Origin: an uncultured Clostridia bacterium
Lineage (GTDB): Bacteria > Bacillota > Clostridia > TANB77 > CAG-508
Direction: 5' to 3'
Length of the DNA: 64,000 bases
Assembly: GCA_963559065.1 (NCBI GenBank)
Contig: CAUWIY010000006.1
Location: 5,748 to 69,747 of the forward strand
Shown here: one piece after another, positions 9,416 to 18,315 of the stretch
How positions within the stretch are numbered: position 1 is the first letter of the stretch
Layout of the letters: every line of letters begins with the position of its first letter
The notes under the pieces: generated by a model
Databases searched by the model: none
Told to the model about the DNA's origin: nothing
The model's input: the letters and a program-made list of their open reading frames with translations, nothing else
Translations under genes and position numbers: made by a program

Positions 9416-9661
9416 CTATTTAGAAGCTTTTTCGATTAATGCTTTAACTGTGTCTGTTGGTTTAGCTCCATTTTTAATCCATTGAGAAACTTTTTCCATA
9501 TCTAATACAATTGTAGATGGTTCTGTCATAGGATTATATGTACCTATTTTTTCTATTATTTTTCCATCTCTTGGGCTTTTAGAGTCAGCCACAACAACAT
9601 GATAGAAAGGAGCTCTTTTCTTTCCTTCTCTTTGTAATCTGATTTTTACCATTCTTTTCAC
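9416..9661 (-). CDS. rpsP: 30S ribosomal protein S16
   Basis: [30 protein letters not shown]... canonical S16. Confidence 0.9.
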   Translation of the reverse strand: MKRMVKIRLQREGKKRAPFYHVVVADSKSPRDGKIIEKIGTYNPMTEPSTIVLDMEKVSQWIKNGAKPTDTVKALIEKASK

Positions 9662-9850
9662 CTCCCAGAAAAAGGTTTTATTCTTTCATATTATATAAAG
9701 TTTAGCTATTTCTTCACTTTAAATAATTTTTGATTGAATATTTCCTTTAATATTTATATAAATTTAAAAATTTAATAACTAATTTAATTTGCTGAATTTG
9801 TAAGTTCTTAATTTCAGTATATTAAAATATATTACAAGTACTCAGCAATT

Positions 9851-11203
9851 TTACATTTTAAAGTTTTTCAAAGCGTTTTCATCAAGTCCATTCATTAATT
9901 TTTTCATTCCACCCTTGTTTTGTTTTAGTTGTTTCATCATTTTTTGTGTCATTTCGTAAGATTTTATAAATTTATTAATGTCTTGGACTGTTGTTCCACT
10001 ACCTTTTGCAATTCTTATTCTTCTACTTGCATTTAAAAGTTTTGTATTTCTTTTTTCTTTTTTTGTCATAGAACAAATAATTGCTTCTATTTTTGTAAAT
10101 TCTTTATCATCAACTTTTAGGTCTTTTATTTGATTCATTCCAGGAATTAGCTTTAATAATGATGAAAATGAACCCATTTTCTTTACTTGTCTTAGTTGTG
10201 CCAAATAATCATCTAAATCTAGCTCATTTTTTCTCATTTTCTTTTCTAATTTTTCAGCTTCTTCTAAGTCAAATGTTTCTTCAGCTTTTTCAATAACTGC
10301 TAAAATATCGCCCATTCCCAAAATTCTAGAAGCCATTCTATCAGGATGAAAAACTTCAATATCACTTAATTTTTCTCCAGTTGCAGCAAATTTAATTGGT
10401 CTTCCTGTTACTTTTTTTACAGAAAGCGCTGCACCACCACGAGTATCACCATCTAGTTTTGTCAAAACAATCCCGTCAATTCCAACTTTTTCATTAAATG
10501 TTTCTGCAACATTTACAGCTTCTTGACCTGTCATAGAATCTACAACCAAAAGTATTTCATGAGGCTTTACACTTTTTTTAACATTCTGCAATTCCTCCAT
10601 TAACGCTTCATCTATTTGTAATCTACCTGCTGTATCCAAAATTATTACATCATTTAATTTTGACATTGCTATACTCATTGCTTGTTTTGCAATATGTACA
10701 ACATCTTTTGATTGTTCATTTGCATAAACAGGTATATTAAGCTGTGCTCCTACAACTTGCAATTGTTTAATAGCTGCTGGTCTATATATGTCACATGCTA
10801 CTAGTAATGGCTTTTTACCTTGTTTTCTAAATAAATTAGCAAGTTTCCCTGCTGTTGTTGTTTTACCAGACCCCTGTAATCCTACTAGCATAATGATTGT
10901 TGGTGGGTTAGAAGAGAAATTGACTTTGCTCTCTGTTCCACCTAATAATTCTATCAGTTCATCTTTTACAATTTTAATAACTTGTTGTCCTGGTGTTAAA
11001 GATTTTAAAACATCTTGTCCTAATGCTTTTTGTTGAATATTAGCAATAAATTCTTTAACAATCTTATAGTTAACATCAGCTTCTAATAATGCAAGCTTTA
11101 CTTCTCTTAGCATATCTTTTAAATCTGACTCTGTAATTCTTGCTTTTCCCTTAAGTTTTCTTGTAATCTCCTGCAACCTAGAAGATAATCCTTCAAAAGC
11201 CAT
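9851..11203 (-). CDS. ffh: Signal recognition particle protein Ffh
   Basis: NG domain (GLQGSGKTTTAGKLA, DTAGRL) plus an M domain with a Met-rich C-terminus. Confidence 0.95.
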   Translation of the reverse strand: MAFEGLSSRLQEITRKLKGKARITESDLKDMLREVKLALLEADVNYKIVKEFIANIQQKALGQDVLKSLTPGQQVIKIVKDELIELLGGTESKVNFSSNPPTIIMLVGLQGSGKTTTAGKLANLFRKQGKKPLLVACDIYRPAAIKQLQVVGAQLNIPVYANEQSKDVVHIAKQAMSIAMSKLNDVIILDTAGRLQIDEALMEELQNVKKSVKPHEILLVVDSMTGQEAVNVAETFNEKVGIDGIVLTKLDGDTRGGAALSVKKVTGRPIKFAATGEKLSDIEVFHPDRMASRILGMGDILAVIEKAEETFDLEEAEKLEKKMRKNELDLDDYLAQLRQVKKMGSFSSLLKLIPGMNQIKDLKVDDKEFTKIEAIICSMTKKEKRNTKLLNASRRIRIAKGSGTTVQDINKFIKSYEMTQKMMKQLKQNKGGMKKLMNGLDENALKNFKM

Positions 11204-11215
11204 ATGTTTACCTCC

Positions 11216-11563
11216 CTAAACTAAACAATTTAATTCTTTTTTGATTGTTTCCAAGATGTTTGCTACTTTTTTATCAGAATAATTTTTTTGAATTTTAGTT
11301 AATTCCAATAAAACTTGTTCAACCTTTTTTTCTTGATTCAACGTCCTTTTCATAAATAATAACTTTTCTTCATATTCGAAAAGCTTATTCTCTCCCTTCT
11401 TTATAATGTCTCTAACAGCTTGCCTTGTAATATTGTTGTTTTCAGCTATTTCAGATAAAGACAAGTCATTATTATAGTAGTCATTTAAGAATTGAAATTG
11501 TTTTTTGGTTAATAGCTTTCCATATAAATCACACAATATACTTACTTTAACGTTTTTATCCAT
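11216..11563 (-). CDS. ylxM: YlxM/UPF0122 family putative DNA-binding protein
   Basis: 115 aa, helix-turn-helix-like (SLSEIAENNNITRQAVRDIIKKG). Immediately upstream of ffh as in Firmicutes. Confidence 0.8.
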   Translation of the reverse strand: MDKNVKVSILCDLYGKLLTKKQFQFLNDYYNNDLSLSEIAENNNITRQAVRDIIKKGENKLFEYEEKLLFMKRTLNQEKKVEQVLLELTKIQKNYSDKKVANILETIKKELNCLV

Positions 11564-11664
11564 AATAACTACCTCTTTTTTGTAATGCTAATATACTTTA
11601 CACCATTTTTGTTCATTTGTCAAGAGTTTTGAGCAATTTAAGTAAAAATTCAGGCTGGCAAAGG

Positions 11665-11900
11665 CGGGTCAAAGGGTCAAAGGTCAAAGGGTCAAAGGGG
11701 ACAGTCTTCAATTGTAACATTTATTTGGTCTATTTTTATCATTTTTTGTCACTTCTTGTATCACTATCTACAACCTTTAATCAGTCAAACACTTTCTGGG
11801 CTTTTTCGACATTTTCCAACATAAAAAGAGAGACAAATAACGACTGTCCCTCTTGACCAACATAAAAAGAGAGACAAATAATGACTGTCCCCCTTGACTT
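11665..11900. repeat. Intergenic repeat cluster: four tandem GGTCAAAG octamers, a 16-bp inverted repeat (GTCAAAGGGGACAGTC / GACTGTCCCCCTTGAC) about 176 bp apart, and a 41-bp tandem duplication (11816-11856 and 11857-11897, 2 mismatches).
   Basis: Read directly from the sequence. It sits between the SDR gene end and the ylxM-ffh promoter region. Confidence 0.6.
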
Positions 11901-11904
11901 CCCA

Positions 11905-12663
11905 TTAGCTTAATTTTCTTTTTTGTACTCTATAAGTAATCTTGGCTATTAAATTGCTTGGTACAAAATGGCTAAAAAATATTCCTGCTTTTACATCTAA
12001 ACCTGGTATAATATAGAATTTACCTTTTAGCAATTTTCTAACAGCATAGTTGGCTACTTCATAGCTGTTTGCTTCTCTCATGTGAAATTTTACATTTGCT
12101 ACCTTGTTGAAATTAGTTTCTACTGGTCCAGGACATAAAATACTAATTTGTACATTTGATTTGTCTTTTTTTAATTCTTCTCTTATTGATTCAGATAGTC
12201 TAACGACATATGATTTCGTTGAGTAATATGTTGCCATTAATGGTCCTGGCATAAATCCAGCAATAGATGCTACATTTAATATTTTTCCACTATTTTTTTC
12301 TTTCATATCTTTTAAATATAATTTTGTTAAAATATGATATGCAACTATATTAGTATTAATCATTTTTAGTTCTTTTTCTAAATCTGTTTTTGTAAATTCT
12401 CCACAATCTCCAAATCCCGCATTATTTACTAAAATATCTACATCTTTTACTCTATTATGAAGTTCTTTGCAATTTTGTTCATTCGATAAGTCCATTGCTA
12501 TTATTTCTATATCTACTGTATTATCTTTTAAAATCTCTTCTTTCACATCTTGTAACTTTTCTTCTGTTCGAGATATTAATACCAAATTATATCCTTTCTG
12601 TGCAAAAACCTTTGCTAAATCTTTACCTATTCCAGAAGATGCACCTGTTATTAAAACTTTCAT
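11905..12663 (-). CDS. SDR family short-chain dehydrogenase/reductase
   Basis: TGASSGIG cofactor motif, NNAG, and a Y-x3-K catalytic motif (YYSTKSYV). Confidence 0.85.
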   Translation of the reverse strand: MKVLITGASSGIGKDLAKVFAQKGYNLVLISRTEEKLQDVKEEILKDNTVDIEIIAMDLSNEQNCKELHNRVKDVDILVNNAGFGDCGEFTKTDLEKELKMINTNIVAYHILTKLYLKDMKEKNSGKILNVASIAGFMPGPLMATYYSTKSYVVRLSESIREELKKDKSNVQISILCPGPVETNFNKVANVKFHMREANSYEVANYAVRKLLKGKFYIIPGLDVKAGIFFSHFVPSNLIAKITYRVQKRKLS

Positions 12664-12728
12664 TTAGTCCTCCTTTAAATTATTTATATATTTTTTATTT
12701 TACCACATTTATAAAAAAAAGAACATGT

Positions 12729-13295
12729 TTAATTCCCATGTCCCTTTTTTAATTTATTTAAAACAATTCCTACATTATGAACTATAACAGTTGAATTTTT
12801 ATTTGCAATATCTTTTCCAAAAGCTTTACAACTAACCGTCATTGCAGAAACTAATGCACTTAAAACAAATTGTATATCAAATGGTAATTGTATCTCATTA
12901 GCTATTTTCAATGAAACTAATGCACTAATAGCACCACTAAGTACACCACATATATCTCCTATAACATCAGCACAAATATTTGCAACTTTAGGTGCGTTCT
13001 TTATTAATTTTATTGAATCTTTTGAACCTTTTACCTTTTTAGTTGCTTTTGCATGGAATTCTTCTTCATTTGCAACAGTTACAGCAACCCCTATAATGTC
13101 AAAAACAACCCCTATTAGTATAACTAAAATTAAAATAAGTAGAGCTGGAACTAAACTTAAATTTGAAACCCCATTTGTTGAAACATATGAAAATATTATT
13201 GATAATACAAATGTTAAAACAAATGACTGAATTACCCAACTCATATTCGAGTGCTCTTTTTTATTTTCTCCTTTTTTACCTTCCATTTTCTTCAT
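12729..13295 (-). CDS. Hypothetical integral membrane protein
   Basis: 188-aa ORF with 3-4 predicted hydrophobic helices. No family recognised. Confidence 0.45.
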   Translation of the reverse strand: MKKMEGKKGENKKEHSNMSWVIQSFVLTFVLSIIFSYVSTNGVSNLSLVPALLILILVILIGVVFDIIGVAVTVANEEEFHAKATKKVKGSKDSIKLIKNAPKVANICADVIGDICGVLSGAISALVSLKIANEIQLPFDIQFVLSALVSAMTVSCKAFGKDIANKNSTVIVHNVGIVLNKLKKGHGN

Positions 13296-13559
13296 TTTTA
13301 TTTTTCTTTCCTTCCCTTTAGCACAAAACGAACTTTAAATTATAGACAAAAGAGATATAATTAAAACCCTTTAAGCATTCATATTATTTGCACATTTTGT
13401 CTTTTTTATAGGTCAATTTTATGCAAAAATTATTTATATTATTAAAAAAGCTCTTTTATTATATCGAAAAAAATATTTCTTTTTATATAATGAATTAAGG
13501 TAAGCATTAGCTTACCTATTATTTCTAAATAATTAAATTGATGGTAAAAACTTAAGTAA

Positions 13560-14090
13560 ATTTTACGGTTTAGGTCTGGTTGAATTTCTCTATTTCCCGC
13601 TTAACATTACTGTTATAGCCGTTTCCGTTTAAGGGAAATAACTAAATATTTTTAGCCACCAGATCGCCACTTAAATCCGTACCTTAATCCTTAAATTTTC
13701 AAGCTTTTGATAAAGCAAACATCCTAGAAGTTTTCCTTAACATACATTGTATAAAGTTACTAGTCTTTTTTGCAAATGCAATTTCATAGTCAAAGTAAAA
13801 AATCTTTGGCCAAAATCTTTTTTACTCAAGATAAAACTAATCCCAATACCTTCACTCAAGACAGGCTACTCTATGTATTTTGTGTCTTGGCACGCAACAT
13901 AGGTTTCACTCAAATTTTTCTATTTAAGTCTCCGCGAAACCAGGGAATCATATATATGCCATTATATACTACCCTAACTCCTTTACTCCCTGCTCACACA
14001 CAAAACTGGCATTCCGCGCATAAACAAGAAACTTCAACGATATGCCCTTTAGTGGATTTTTAGCCCCACCCTCATAACTTCAAGTATGAC
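13560..14090. ncRNA. GC-elevated ORF-free block. Candidate structured non-coding RNA of unknown class, or a degraded foreign remnant.
   Basis: About 530 bp, visibly richer in G/C than flanking sequence. No credible ORF on either strand: the only listed ORF, 13770..14063, has non-protein-like composition. I could not find hallmark motifs of RNase P (GGAAAGTCC), tmRNA or tRNA (GTTCGA T-loop), or the T-box sequence. Confidence 0.3.
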
Positions 14091-14253
14091 TAGAATAATG
14101 CACCATCAATTAATATTATAACAGATTTAGAAAAATATTCCAATTTTTTAGAAGACGGTTTAAGGTTTATTTCAATAATTTATTTCTTTGGTTGATGTAT
14201 TTAATTATTTTTTCTTTCTTTTTCTCACTCTTTTTCATTTTTTATCACTTTTT

Positions 14254-14829
14254 CTAATATTGTAGAAATTCTCTTATCTCTTTTTTTATTTCTTCGATAT
14301 CTTTATCATTAGCTACATTCTTTACATTTATATTTGGATACTTTTCCTTTATCTCATCAGCCATTTTTAAATACTCTCTTTGTTGCTTTATACTACTTTC
14401 AATATTAAATTCTGCTCCTTTAAAAATAGCTTTACCTTCTCGATTTAATCTTTCATAATATTTCATCTCATCTTGTAAATATAATGTTATATAATATATA
14501 TCAAAATCTAAATTAGAAAATTGCTCTAACAGCTTTTCATACACATCTGTGAATATATATTCTTTCATACCTAATCTACAATAATTTTCTTCTGTAAAAA
14601 ATGTTCTATCAAAAATCAAATTAACACTTTTATTTTCCATCTTTTTCATGTATTCCAACAAATCTATATACATGTCCTCTGCCTTTTTCTTTCCTGTAGG
14701 TGTGCTATCCGATGTTCCACATAGTCTATATAAATTTGAGTATGGTAACGTATGTCTTAAAAAATCTGTTATTGTGGTTTTTCCCGCCCCCTGTGGTCCT
14801 TCTACTACTATTATTTTTGAATTTGCCAT
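14254..14829 (-). CDS. P-loop NTPase, deoxynucleoside-kinase-like or AAA-like small kinase
   Basis: Walker A motif IVVEGPQGAGKTT at the N-terminus. 191 aa. Overall architecture resembles dNK/thymidylate-kinase fold kinases. Confidence 0.55.
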   Translation of the reverse strand: MANSKIIVVEGPQGAGKTTITDFLRHTLPYSNLYRLCGTSDSTPTGKKKAEDMYIDLLEYMKKMENKSVNLIFDRTFFTEENYCRLGMKEYIFTDVYEKLLEQFSNLDFDIYYITLYLQDEMKYYERLNREGKAIFKGAEFNIESSIKQQREYLKMADEIKEKYPNINVKNVANDKDIEEIKKEIREFLQY

Positions 14830-14880
14830 TTAAAAATCCTCCTACTATTTTTAATTATTAATTTAACTAATTGTTACATT

Positions 14881-15006
14881 TTATTTGTTTGTATCATTTT
14901 CATTTTTCTCCATTTTGCTTTCATCATCACTGTCTAACATTTTATTTATTGTATTTAATATATCATCACTATTTTCATCAAAATCATCTTTAACTAAATT
15001 AAACAT
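14881..15006 (-). CDS. Small acidic protein (41 aa), not in the ORF table
   Basis: Strong SD, caAGGAGGtcgcaa ATG. Translation: MFNLVKDDFDENSDDILNTINKMLDSDDESKMEKNENDTNK. Lies directly upstream of the kinase gene on the same strand. Confidence 0.35.
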   Translation of the reverse strand: MFNLVKDDFDENSDDILNTINKMLDSDDESKMEKNENDTNK

Positions 15007-15189
15007 TTGCGACCTCCTTGCAAAATATTATACTATTTCACATTTTATATTTCAATCTCTTTTTATGTTTTTTAAAATTGGTAATTATTACTTTTTTAAT
15101 ATTTATGTAGATTTTCATACAATTTTGTTATAAAATATACATATATTTTAGATAAGGAGGTCAGCTAGTTCAAACTAGCCTAAATAGAT

Positions 15190-15981
15190 ATGGATAAAAT
15201 TGCAATAATTTCAGATGTTCACGGTAACATTACCGCACTAAATACAGTATTAGAAGATATTAAAAAAAGAAATATTACAAAAATAATTTCATTAGGTGAT
15301 AACATATTAAAATGCTCTCACCCAGATTTAGTAATAGATAAAATAAAAGAAGTTTGTGACATAGTATTACTCGGAAATAGTGATTATGATATCTGCAAGC
15401 CAGAAGTTAAAAATAGAAATTTTTGGACAAGGAATAAAATAGGAGAAGAACGAGCTAGTTACATGTTAAGTCTACCAAAATCATATGAGTTTTATTTTAG
15501 TGGTCATTTAATAAGACTTTTCCATGCTTCTCCCCATAGTTTAAATGATTTCTTTAATCCTATGTACACACAGAAAAATTCTCAATCATTAGAAATAACT
15601 CCAAGTCAGTTATTCGAAAACAGTCCATTTATAGGAAAAACAAATCAAGACCCAGTTCCTGATATAGTTGGATATGGTCATATTCATACTCCATTTATTG
15701 TACGTTTTAAAAATAAAACTCTATTTAATCCTGGTAGTGTTGGCGTTCCAGTTGAAATGTTAAATGATGATATTAATGATAAAACCAACATATTTTCTAC
15801 AGTTGCATCTTATATTATACTAGAAGGATATTATCAATCAGCAGAACTTTCTCCTATATCTTTCCAACTAGTTAGAGTTCCTTATGATATTAAAAAAGAA
15901 ATTAAAGATTTAGAAGAATCAACTATGCCAGATAAAGAAAAGACAATGAGAAGTTTAATTTCTGCAATATCAAATAGATAA
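15190..15981 (+). CDS. Metallophosphoesterase (calcineurin-like phosphoesterase family)
   Basis: DVHGN, GDNI and GYGHIHTP motifs. Confidence 0.8.
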   Translation: MDKIAIISDVHGNITALNTVLEDIKKRNITKIISLGDNILKCSHPDLVIDKIKEVCDIVLLGNSDYDICKPEVKNRNFWTRNKIGEERASYMLSLPKSYEFYFSGHLIRLFHASPHSLNDFFNPMYTQKNSQSLEITPSQLFENSPFIGKTNQDPVPDIVGYGHIHTPFIVRFKNKTLFNPGSVGVPVEMLNDDINDKTNIFSTVASYIILEGYYQSAELSPISFQLVRVPYDIKKEIKDLEESTMPDKEKTMRSLISAISNR

Positions 15982-16037
15982 TTAATATAAGAAAGGAGTT
16001 TCGTATAAAATTAGATATTTATTATACGAGAAAAAAT

Positions 16038-17288
16038 ATGAAAGATAAGTTGAATCTTGCAAAAAACATATTAGCCAAATATCATCAAGAACATTTATTA
16101 GCCTTTTATGATGAACTTTCTCCTGAACAACAAAATAAATTAATAGAACAAATACTAAATATAAATTTTAATCAAATTTTAACACTATACAAAAACTCTT
16201 TTTTAGAAGATGCAAAATCAACAGTAACTCCTCTGCTCCATATAGAAAAAAGTGCACTTTCTAGTAGAGAAATTGATAATTATATTAAAATAGGCGAAGA
16301 AATTATAAAAAGCAATCATTTTGCAATAATAACAATGGCTGGTGGACAAGGAACACGTTTAGGGTATAAAGGACCTAAAGGCACATACCCTTTAAATTTA
16401 TCTAATGGTACAAAATCATTGTTTCAAATAATGGCTGAAGACATAAAGCGAACAAACAATAAATATAAAGTTATATTACATTGGTTTATTATGACAAGTG
16501 AGGAAAATGATATACAAACAAAAAATTTTTTCCAATTAAACAATTATTTTGACTATCCTAAAGAAAAAATCACCTTTTTTACTCAAGAAAAATTACCATT
16601 AATAGATTTAAATGGGAATTTAATATTACAAGAACCATATATTATTAAAGAAGCTTCTAATGGAAACGGAAATGTTTTCAATGCACTATATAAAAACAAT
16701 ATAATCAACACTTTACTTACAGAAAATATAAAATGGGTTTCTTTTGGCGGAATTGATAATGTATTATTAAAAAATTGCGATCCATTGTTTTTAGGAATGC
16801 TTGTTCAAAATGGATATCAAATAGGTTCAAAATCTATTTTCAAAAAAGAACCACTAGAAAAAACTGCTGTATATTGTAAAAAGAATGGAAAGCCATCAAT
16901 ACTTGATTACAGTGATATTACATTAGAATTATCCGAATCAAAAATTGAAAACACCAATATTTACTTATATAGAGAAGCAAATATGTTATCACATATTATG
17001 AGTATAGATGCTATTCAAAAAGTAAGTAGTATAAATTTAAAATATCACAGGGCTTTTAAAAAGAATGCTTTTGTTAACTTTGAAGGTGTAAAACAAGTTC
17101 CAGACAAACCAAACACTTTTAAATTTGAAAATTTCATTTTTGATGCTTTTTCATATTTTGATGATATGCTTCTTTTAAGAGTTAATGAAAACGAGGAATT
17201 TGCGCCAATCAAAGATTTTACTAGTATTTATAACCCAGATACCGCTATTGAAAAATATGAAAATTACTGGAAACAATTTAAAAAATAG
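16038..17288 (+). CDS. UDP-sugar / UDP-N-acetylhexosamine pyrophosphorylase, eukaryotic-type UDPGP family (UAP1-like)
   Basis: MAGGQGTRLGYKGPKG signature of the UTP--glucose-1-phosphate uridylyltransferase (PF01704-like) family. Confidence 0.7.
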   Translation: MKDKLNLAKNILAKYHQEHLLAFYDELSPEQQNKLIEQILNINFNQILTLYKNSFLEDAKSTVTPLLHIEKSALSSREIDNYIKIGEEIIKSNHFAIITMAGGQGTRLGYKGPKGTYPLNLSNGTKSLFQIMAEDIKRTNNKYKVILHWFIMTSEENDIQTKNFFQLNNYFDYPKEKITFFTQEKLPLIDLNGNLILQEPYIIKEASNGNGNVFNALYKNNIINTLLTENIKWVSFGGIDNVLLKNCDPLFLGMLVQNGYQIGSKSIFKKEPLEKTAVYCKKNGKPSILDYSDITLELSESKIENTNIYLYREANMLSHIMSIDAIQKVSSINLKYHRAFKKNAFVNFEGVKQVPDKPNTFKFENFIFDAFSYFDDMLLLRVNENEEFAPIKDFTSIYNPDTAIEKYENYWKQFKK

Positions 17289-17307
17289 TAAAATTATAAA
17301 AAAACCA

Positions 17308-17358
17308 AATTTAAACTATATCAAATAAATATAATAGTTTTAAAATTTGGTTTTTTAT
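17308..17358. terminator. Bidirectional rho-independent terminator between convergent genes
   Basis: AAACCAAATTTAAA ... TTTAAAATTTGGTTT inverted repeat followed by a T-run. Confidence 0.45.
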
Positions 17359-17364
17359 CAAATA

Positions 17365-17835
17365 TTACTTTCTATTCTTTTTAATTTTTCTTAATTCTTT
17401 AAAAAAATCCTGCAAAATTTTCTCACAATCATTTTTCAAAATTCCATTTTCCACTTCTACTTTATGATTAAACGTATAATCTTCAAATAGATTAAACACA
17501 GAACCTACAGCACCTGTTTTTGCATCTTGTGTACCTATATATACTTTTCTAATACGAGAATTTATCATTGCACCTGCACACATAGAACATGGCTCCAAAG
17601 TAACATACATATCACAATCTAATAATCTCCATGATTTTAATTTTTTGCTTGCTTTTTGAATTGCTAAAATCTCTGCATGTTTAGTCGTATCTGTTTTTGT
17701 CTCTTTCAAATTATGTGCTCTTGCTATAATCTTATCATCTTTTACTATTATTGCTCCAACCGGAACTTCCATCTTGTCATATGCCTTTTTTGCTTCTTTT
17801 AATGCTTCCTTCATAAATTTTTCGTTTTTTTCCAT
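17365..17835 (-). CDS. tadA: tRNA-specific adenosine deaminase
   Basis: HAEILAI and PCSMCAGAM zinc-binding deaminase motifs. 156 aa. Confidence 0.9.
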   Translation of the reverse strand: MEKNEKFMKEALKEAKKAYDKMEVPVGAIIVKDDKIIARAHNLKETKTDTTKHAEILAIQKASKKLKSWRLLDCDMYVTLEPCSMCAGAMINSRIRKVYIGTQDAKTGAVGSVFNLFEDYTFNHKVEVENGILKNDCEKILQDFFKELRKIKKNRK

Positions 17836-17957
17836 ACATAACTCCTACTATCTTTCTATAATAAGTATAAAATATTTGTTATATAATTTTAATAAAATTT
17901 AAATATATTTTACTTTTATTATTTTAACTGTGATTCTATTATAGTTAATTTATTATA

Positions 17958-18116
17958 TCAAATTAATGAATTTTTTTCAAAATTTTTTAAATATTTCATT
18001 TGTAATATATCTTCTAAATATTTTTCTTGATTTATTTTAGATTTATTTGACCCAATTATCAATGACCACAATAGCAAAATAATTATTAGAATAAAAATTG
18101 TATTGAATAAAAACAT
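17958..18116 (-). CDS. Small hydrophobic protein (about 52 aa) between rpoC and tadA, not in the ORF table
   Basis: Strong SD, GAAGAAGGAGGAgcttATG. MFLFNTIFILIIILLLWSLIIGSNKSKINQEKYLEDILQMKYLKNFEKNSLI. Confidence 0.3.
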   Translation of the reverse strand: MFLFNTIFILIIILLLWSLIIGSNKSKINQEKYLEDILQMKYLKNFEKNSLI

Positions 18117-18315
18117 AAGCTCCTCCTTCTTCTATAGTATTCCTCAAATAGTAAAAGAGTTATGTATGAAATTATAATTATTATAATCTTTTTATTTATA
18201 AAAGTCGCAAAAAATATGTCGAATATTTATTTAAATCATTTTTTTCAAAAAAATAATGAAGAAAACCCCATTTAGTTCACTTCATTATTTGTTCTATATT
18301 TATTCTATATCTGTT

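Noticed and set aside
11665-11700. Possible CRISPR-like repeat array
   Set aside because: The repeat units are only 8-9 nt with no spacers, and no cas genes are present, so this is an iteron-like tandem repeat rather than a CRISPR array.
13770-14063. 97-aa ORF inside the GC-elevated block
   Set aside because: No RBS, odd amino-acid composition, and it lies within a region better explained as non-coding RNA or a remnant.
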